NCBI GenBank assembly: GCA_965112735.1
Contig: OZ218955.1
Location: 3,596,001 to 3,660,000, forward strand
Origin: Phaeosaccion multiseriatum
Lineage: Eukaryota > Protista > Ochrophyta, other classes
Direction of reading: 5' to 3'
DNA length: 64,000 bases
Shown here: positions 62,735-64,000 of the stretch, piece after piece
Numbering within the stretch: the stretch's first letter is position 1
Layout: the number at the start of each line of letters is the position of its first letter
The notes under the pieces: model-generated
Seen by the model: the letters and a program-made list of their open reading frames with translations, nothing else
Database searches by the model: none
Told to the model about the DNA's origin: nothing
Position numbers and translations under genes: made by a program

Positions 62735-64000
62735 CTATGCGCCAGGGACCCCCTCCTCAATCCCTCCTTCCGCACGGTCATAATCATGCCCGACAATGGG
62801 AAACACGCTCCCGCACCTCAGCCCAGCAAGCTCCGCCTCCAGGCAGCGCAGCAAGGTCTCCCGAGTCTCCACCACGTAGTCCCATGTGGCCCCTTCCTCC
62901 CCCCCTCGACTGGGAAACCCTTCTCCTCCTCCTCCCTCTAGTGGCCAGCCATGCCCGCTCCGCACGTCCCAGCAGAGGTGCCTCCCGCTTGGGAGCGTGA
63001 GGTCGAGGCGGCCCTGTCCCATGCGATAGAGGGCCTTGGCGCCATTGGCCCAGTCCACGGTGAAGTGTGGGAAGGGCTTGTTCTCCATCAGGCGACAAAT
63101 GGCCCTACAGGTAGTGGTGCGGCTTCCCCTGCTTCTCCTTCCATTGCCGCTGCTGTTGCTATCGGCACACTCCTCCTCCTCCTCCTCCTGCTGCTGCTGG
63201 AGCTGGTGCTGCTGCCTCGAGTGTATGTGGAGCGTGACCCGAGGGGTGCGTCTGCGCAGGGCCGTGACGATGCGCTGAAGAGACCGGTAGTGCGAGTGGT
63301 ACGCAGGGGGGAGCTCCGACAAACGGAACGATAAAGTCCCGGCGCTGGCTGACTGCCTGGCTGACTGGCTCATCGACTGCGTAGCTGACTGGGTAGCTGA
63401 CTGGGTAGCTGGCTGGGTAGCGGAGTGACTGGCTGACTGACTGGCAGTCTTGGTCGGTGCAGGGCGCTCGTGGCTCACCTGCACAGTGGACCCGTCGCCC
63501 CAAACGAAGAGGCTGAGGCCGCCGATGGTCAGGCGCGCTCCAACTTCTCCTCCTCCTCCTCCTCCTCCTCCTCCTCCTCCTCCTCCTCCTCCTCCTCCTC
63601 CTCCTGCTCCTCCTCCTCCTCCTCCTCCTCCTCCTCCTCCTGCTGCTGCTGCTGCTACTGCTGTGATGGAGAAAACAGCGGACCTTCCGTGGAGCGAAAC
63701 CCGCCGTGCCTGCACGGCAAGGCGAGCGGTGTGAATGGGTACCAGTGGACAGTCCGCGCTTCTGCTGCCGCTGCTGCTGCTACTACTGCCAAAGCCCCCT
63801 TCCCACCCTTCTGCTCTCGTGCCCTCGCCCACATGTGCTAGCTGTTGCTGCCCTCCCTCCTTCTCCCCCCCCCTCCCCCCTCTTGCTTCCCCCCCCGGTA
63901 GGTTGGCTTGCAGCCTCAGCTTCTGCAGCAACGGGTGGCACAGGGCCAGCGTGTGGTGCCCCAGGCGGGCAGCTTCAGCTTCGTCCACACCGGGGACAGG
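62735..64000 (-). CDS. PLK4: PLK4/SAK-like kinase, 3' part (probable kinase-domain end plus cryptic polo box PB1-PB2); 5' part outside the window
   Basis: PIHTARL, V.GDGSTVQV, FRLSELPPAYHSHYRSLQRIVTALRRRTPRVTL, CRLMENKPFPHFTVDWANGAK, RCLEAE..FPIVG parallel the metazoan PLK4 cryptic polo box (LPEKYWRKYQYA..FV..VRSKSPKIT..KCILMEN..DFEVWFYDGVK), recalled from memory. Confidence 0.75.
   Translation of the reverse strand, partial: PVPGVDEAEAARLGHHTLALCHPLLQKLRLQANLPGGEARGGRGGEKEGGQQQLAHVGEGTRAEGWEGGFGSSSSSSGSRSADCPLVPIHTARLAVQARRVSLHGRSAVFSITAVAAAAAGGGGGGGGGGGAGGGGGGGGGGGGGGGGGGGEVGARLTIGGLSLFVWGDGSTVQVSHERPAPTKTASQSASHSATQPATQSATQSATQSMSQSARQSASAGTLSFRLSELPPAYHSHYRSLQRIVTALRRRTPRVTLHIHSRQQHQLQQQQEEEEEECADSNSSGNGRRSRGSRTTTCRAICRLMENKPFPHFTVDWANGAKALYRMGQGRLDLTLPSGRHLCWDVRSGHGWPLEGGGGEGFPSRGGEEGATWDYVVETRETLLRCLEAELAGLRCGSVFPIVGHDYDRAEGGIEEGVPGA

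Overview
Intron-rich, GC-rich, microsatellite-laden eukaryotic nuclear DNA. It is most likely from a photosynthetic stramenopile (ochrophyte alga), because prfA and clpR carry bipartite signal-peptide plus AF-motif plastid presequences. Most entries in the ORF track are artefacts; the real genes were rebuilt by eye from GT/GC-AG exons. Left to right the window holds ATG5, a decayed ankyrin gene, a LarE-family sulfurtransferase, plastid release factor 1, an MFS transporter, a small Lys-rich protein, plastid ClpR, DPM1 and a divergent FHA/C2 kinesin. Next comes a ~6.1 + 6.9 kb tandem duplication, each unit carrying an ankyrin remnant, a 2OG-Fe(II) oxygenase/BTB-like gene and a secreted Cys-rich/mucin gene. 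After it lie trehalose-6-P synthase/phosphatase, mitoribosomal uL15m, a cytochrome-b5 front-end desaturase and the 3' part of a PLK4-like kinase. Four signals stand out. (1) A dispersed DNA-level motif, CAGCAG-TTGGTGATA-CAGCAG, recurs in exons (different frames, both strands) and introns. (2) There is evidence of intron gain: two homologous introns in the kinesin gene and several introns flanked by 8-12 bp direct repeats. (3) The duplicated oxygenase-BTB gene has near-identical 5' halves but clustered, almost purely non-synonymous divergence in the C-terminal region. (4) There is a eukaryotic LarE of the CxxC-C type and a PLK4-type cryptic polo box. All alignments and counts were done by eye, and no database searches were possible.
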